From contig CAWJSJ010000001.1 in NCBI GenBank assembly GCA_963845565.1, positions 960,001 through 1,024,000 on the forward strand: 64,000 nt of DNA. The letters run 5' to 3'. The stretch is from an uncultured Methylomirabilota bacterium. Its GTDB lineage: Bacteria; Methylomirabilota; Methylomirabilia; Methylomirabilales; 2-02-FULL-66-22. The number at the start of each line of letters is the position of its first letter. Positions within the stretch are counted from its first letter, which is position 1. Under the pieces are notes generated by a model. That model searched no databases and was not told the origin of the DNA. It saw nothing but the letters and a program-made list of their open reading frames with translations. A program made the position numbers and the translations under genes. This document shows, in pieces, positions 62,086 through 64,000 of this stretch.

Positions 62086-62616
62086 GTCCGTGTCCGGGGT
62101 CGTGCCGAGGTGCGCGCGACACATCCTGACGATGATCTCCGGCGGAAATCCGCGCCGTTCCAGATAGCCCGCCAGACGGCGCCGCGCCACGGCCGGCGGC
62201 AAACCCGCCAGGGCCTTCAACTTCCGGCGCACGGCCTCTTCGGCCGCGTCGGACGCCGTCCACTCCTCGGCCAGGGCGGAGAGCGCCGCCGCGATCTGAC
62301 CCTCCGGGATCCCTTTCGCCCGGAGCTCCCGGGCCAGGCGGGCGGGCCCGACTGCCGCCCGACGGGCGCGGGCGGTCACCCAGGTCCGGGCGAACTCCGC
62401 ATCGTCCAGATAGCGGCGCGCCGTCAGACGCTCGATGACAGCCGCCACTTCGTCCGGCGGGTAGCCGCGGCGGCCCAGCGTCTGCCGGACCTCGTGGCTG
62501 CTCCGGGACCGGACGGCAAGCAGCTTCAGCGCAATCCCCCACGCGCCCGGCCGCTCGCGCTCGGCCTGCCCCGGACTCGCCTCCCCGCGCCGGCCGCGGG
62601 CCGGTCGGCCCGCCAT
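62083..62616 (-). CDS. recX: Regulatory protein RecX
   Basis: AL.LL..R.RS..E, YLDD.EFA, G..RL..EL..KGI, L.RRGF. Confidence 0.9.
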   Translation of the reverse strand: MAGRPARGRRGEASPGQAERERPGAWGIALKLLAVRSRSSHEVRQTLGRRGYPPDEVAAVIERLTARRYLDDAEFARTWVTARARRAAVGPARLARELRAKGIPEGQIAAALSALAEEWTASDAAEEAVRRKLKALAGLPPAVARRRLAGYLERRGFPPEIIVRMCRAHLGTTPDTD

Positions 62617-63764
62617 CAGAACCGCGTCATCCCCGGCATGGATTTCGGGGGCTGCTCCTGCGGCGCGTTACCCTGCCAGTTCGAGTCCGCGGTGGACTCG
62701 ATGCCCCGCACGCGCAGGGCGAAGTCGTCCGGGTTGCTGCACCACCGGAGCGCCTCCTCGTAGGTGATCAACCCTCGCGTGTACAGCGTCATCAGCGACT
62801 GGTCGAAGGTCTGCATGCCGTACTGGCTGACACCCGCGGCGATGACGTCGGGCAGTTTCCGGGTCTTGTCCGGGTCCACGATCGACTCCCGCACCGTGGC
62901 GGTCGCGACGCAGACCTCGACGGCCGGCACGCGCCCCTTCCCGTCGGCGCGGGGAATCAACCGCTGCGACACGATGCCGCGCAGCACCGAGGCCAGCTGG
63001 AGGCGCACTTGCTTTTGCTGGTACGGCGGGAAGACCGAGATCACGCGGTTGACGGTCTCGGTGGTGTCCAGCGTGTGCAGCGTGCTCATCACCAGATGGC
63101 CGGTTTCCGCCGCCAGCAGCGCGGTGGAGATCGTCTCGAAGTCCCGCATCTCGCCCACCAGGATGGAGTCGGGATCCTGCCGCAGCGCGCTCCGCAGCGC
63201 CTCGCTGAAGCTGGGGGCGTCCACCCCGATCTCGCGCTGGTTGACCAGGCACTTCTTGTCCCGGTGCAGGAACTCGATCGGGTCCTCGATCGTCAGGATA
63301 TGGCCCGTCGTATTGGAGTTGATGTGGTCGATCATCGCCGCCAGCGTCGAGGATTTGCCCGACCCGGTCGTCCCCGTCACCAGGATCAGGCCGCGCGGCT
63401 CGAGGGACAGCGCCTCCAGGACCGGCGGCAGGTTCAGCTCGCGCACGGTTTGGATCTTCAAGGGGATGAGCCGGAGCACGATGCCCACCATTCCGCGCTG
63501 CTGGAACACGTTCACCCGGAACCGCCCCAGGCCGGGCACCCCGTAGGCCAGGTCCGCCTCGTTCCGCTCCTTGAACCGCTCCCGCTGCTTGGCGTTCATC
63601 ACGCCCGCAGCCATGGACACCACGGCGTCCTGGCCCAGCCGGGGCAACTCCATCAGGGGGACGAGCTTGTGGTCGATGCGGAGCACCGGGGGCATCCCCA
63701 CCTTGATGTGCAGGTCCGACGCCTTACGCTCCACCGCGATCTTCAGGAGTTCGACGAGTTCCAT
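62616..63764 (-). CDS. pilT: PilT/PilU-family twitching motility ATPase
   Basis: ASDLH, GTTGSGKS, TIEDPIE, LRQDPD..VGEMRD, TGHLV.STLHT, GMQTFD. Confidence 0.93.
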   Translation of the reverse strand: MELVELLKIAVERKASDLHIKVGMPPVLRIDHKLVPLMELPRLGQDAVVSMAAGVMNAKQRERFKERNEADLAYGVPGLGRFRVNVFQQRGMVGIVLRLIPLKIQTVRELNLPPVLEALSLEPRGLILVTGTTGSGKSSTLAAMIDHINSNTTGHILTIEDPIEFLHRDKKCLVNQREIGVDAPSFSEALRSALRQDPDSILVGEMRDFETISTALLAAETGHLVMSTLHTLDTTETVNRVISVFPPYQQKQVRLQLASVLRGIVSQRLIPRADGKGRVPAVEVCVATATVRESIVDPDKTRKLPDVIAAGVSQYGMQTFDQSLMTLYTRGLITYEEALRWCSNPDDFALRVRGIESTADSNWQGNAPQEQPPKSMPGMTRF

Positions 63765-64000
63765 CTACGCCTCCGCCTCCGGCGAGGCCGCCAACCCCAG
63801 GGCCACCCGCAATTTGGTTTCGATCTCATCCGCCATGGCGGCGTTGTCCTGCAGGAATCGCTTGGCGTTGTCGCGCCCCTGCCCGATCCGCTCGGTCCCG
63901 TACGCGTACCACGACCCGCTCTTCTCGACCACCTTGTGCGCGACGCCCAGGTCGACGAGGCTCCCCAGCCGGGAGATCCCTTCGCCGTACACGATGTCGA
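63765..64000 (-). CDS. recA: RecA, C-terminal fragment (truncated by the window edge)
   Basis: DI.YGEGIS, KSGSWY.Y..ERIGQG..NA. Confidence 0.95.
   Translation of the reverse strand, partial: DIVYGEGISRLGSLVDLGVAHKVVEKSGSWYAYGTERIGQGRDNAKRFLQDNAAMADEIETKLRVALGLAASPEAEA

Noticed and set aside
59281..62763. Very long plus-strand ORFs (also 27245..30124, 51299..54004, 55144..57603, 31246..33663)
   Set aside because: Antisense shadows of real high-GC genes, with no recognisable motifs
62083..64000. pilT between recA and recX as a novelty
   Set aside because: recA-pilT-recX-alaS is an order I recall from Geobacter-like deltaproteobacteria

Overview
High-GC bacterial chromosome segment, mostly housekeeping genes on the minus strand: recA(3' end)-pilT-recX-alaS; psd-pssA-leuA-asd-truA; leuS-lptE; rpsT; murJ; ilvBNC; miaA-aroA-cmk-rpsA-ihfB; cyclase-HIT-DUF151; gyaR; rtcA::GNAT; nptA-ppsR-AsnC-galT; PPIase; tRNA-Leu; DUF62; degQ-sigma70-HD-GYP-fadD-pcm-yhaM-rhomboid; thrC; ruvX-mltG-pilF; SPFH/zinc-ribbon cluster; rlmN; MinD-like; tRNA-fMet. 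Gene order suggests a diderm of the Methylomirabilota (NC10)/deltaproteobacteria-like group; this is inference and was not searched. The left ~7.4 kb holds an RND efflux pair and a small accessory patch next to tRNA-fMet. Single-base indels in several genes, including essential leuS, point to long-read assembly errors. Most notable: (1) a threonine synthase fused to a LeuA/CimA-type allosteric module; (2) a composite palindromic repeat that in four places begins exactly at a gene's TAA stop codon; (3) an SPFH-double-zinc-ribbon gene with three related zinc-ribbon genes and a helical partner, a candidate Psp/YdjGI-like membrane-stress system; (4) an RtcA-ArgA-like GNAT fusion joined by a heptamer-repeat linker; (5) a soluble class III cyclase coupled to a HIT hydrolase and a DUF151 nuclease; (6) a GalT-fold protein with a HIT-type HxHxH motif. 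All calls come from motif recognition by eye; no database searches were run.
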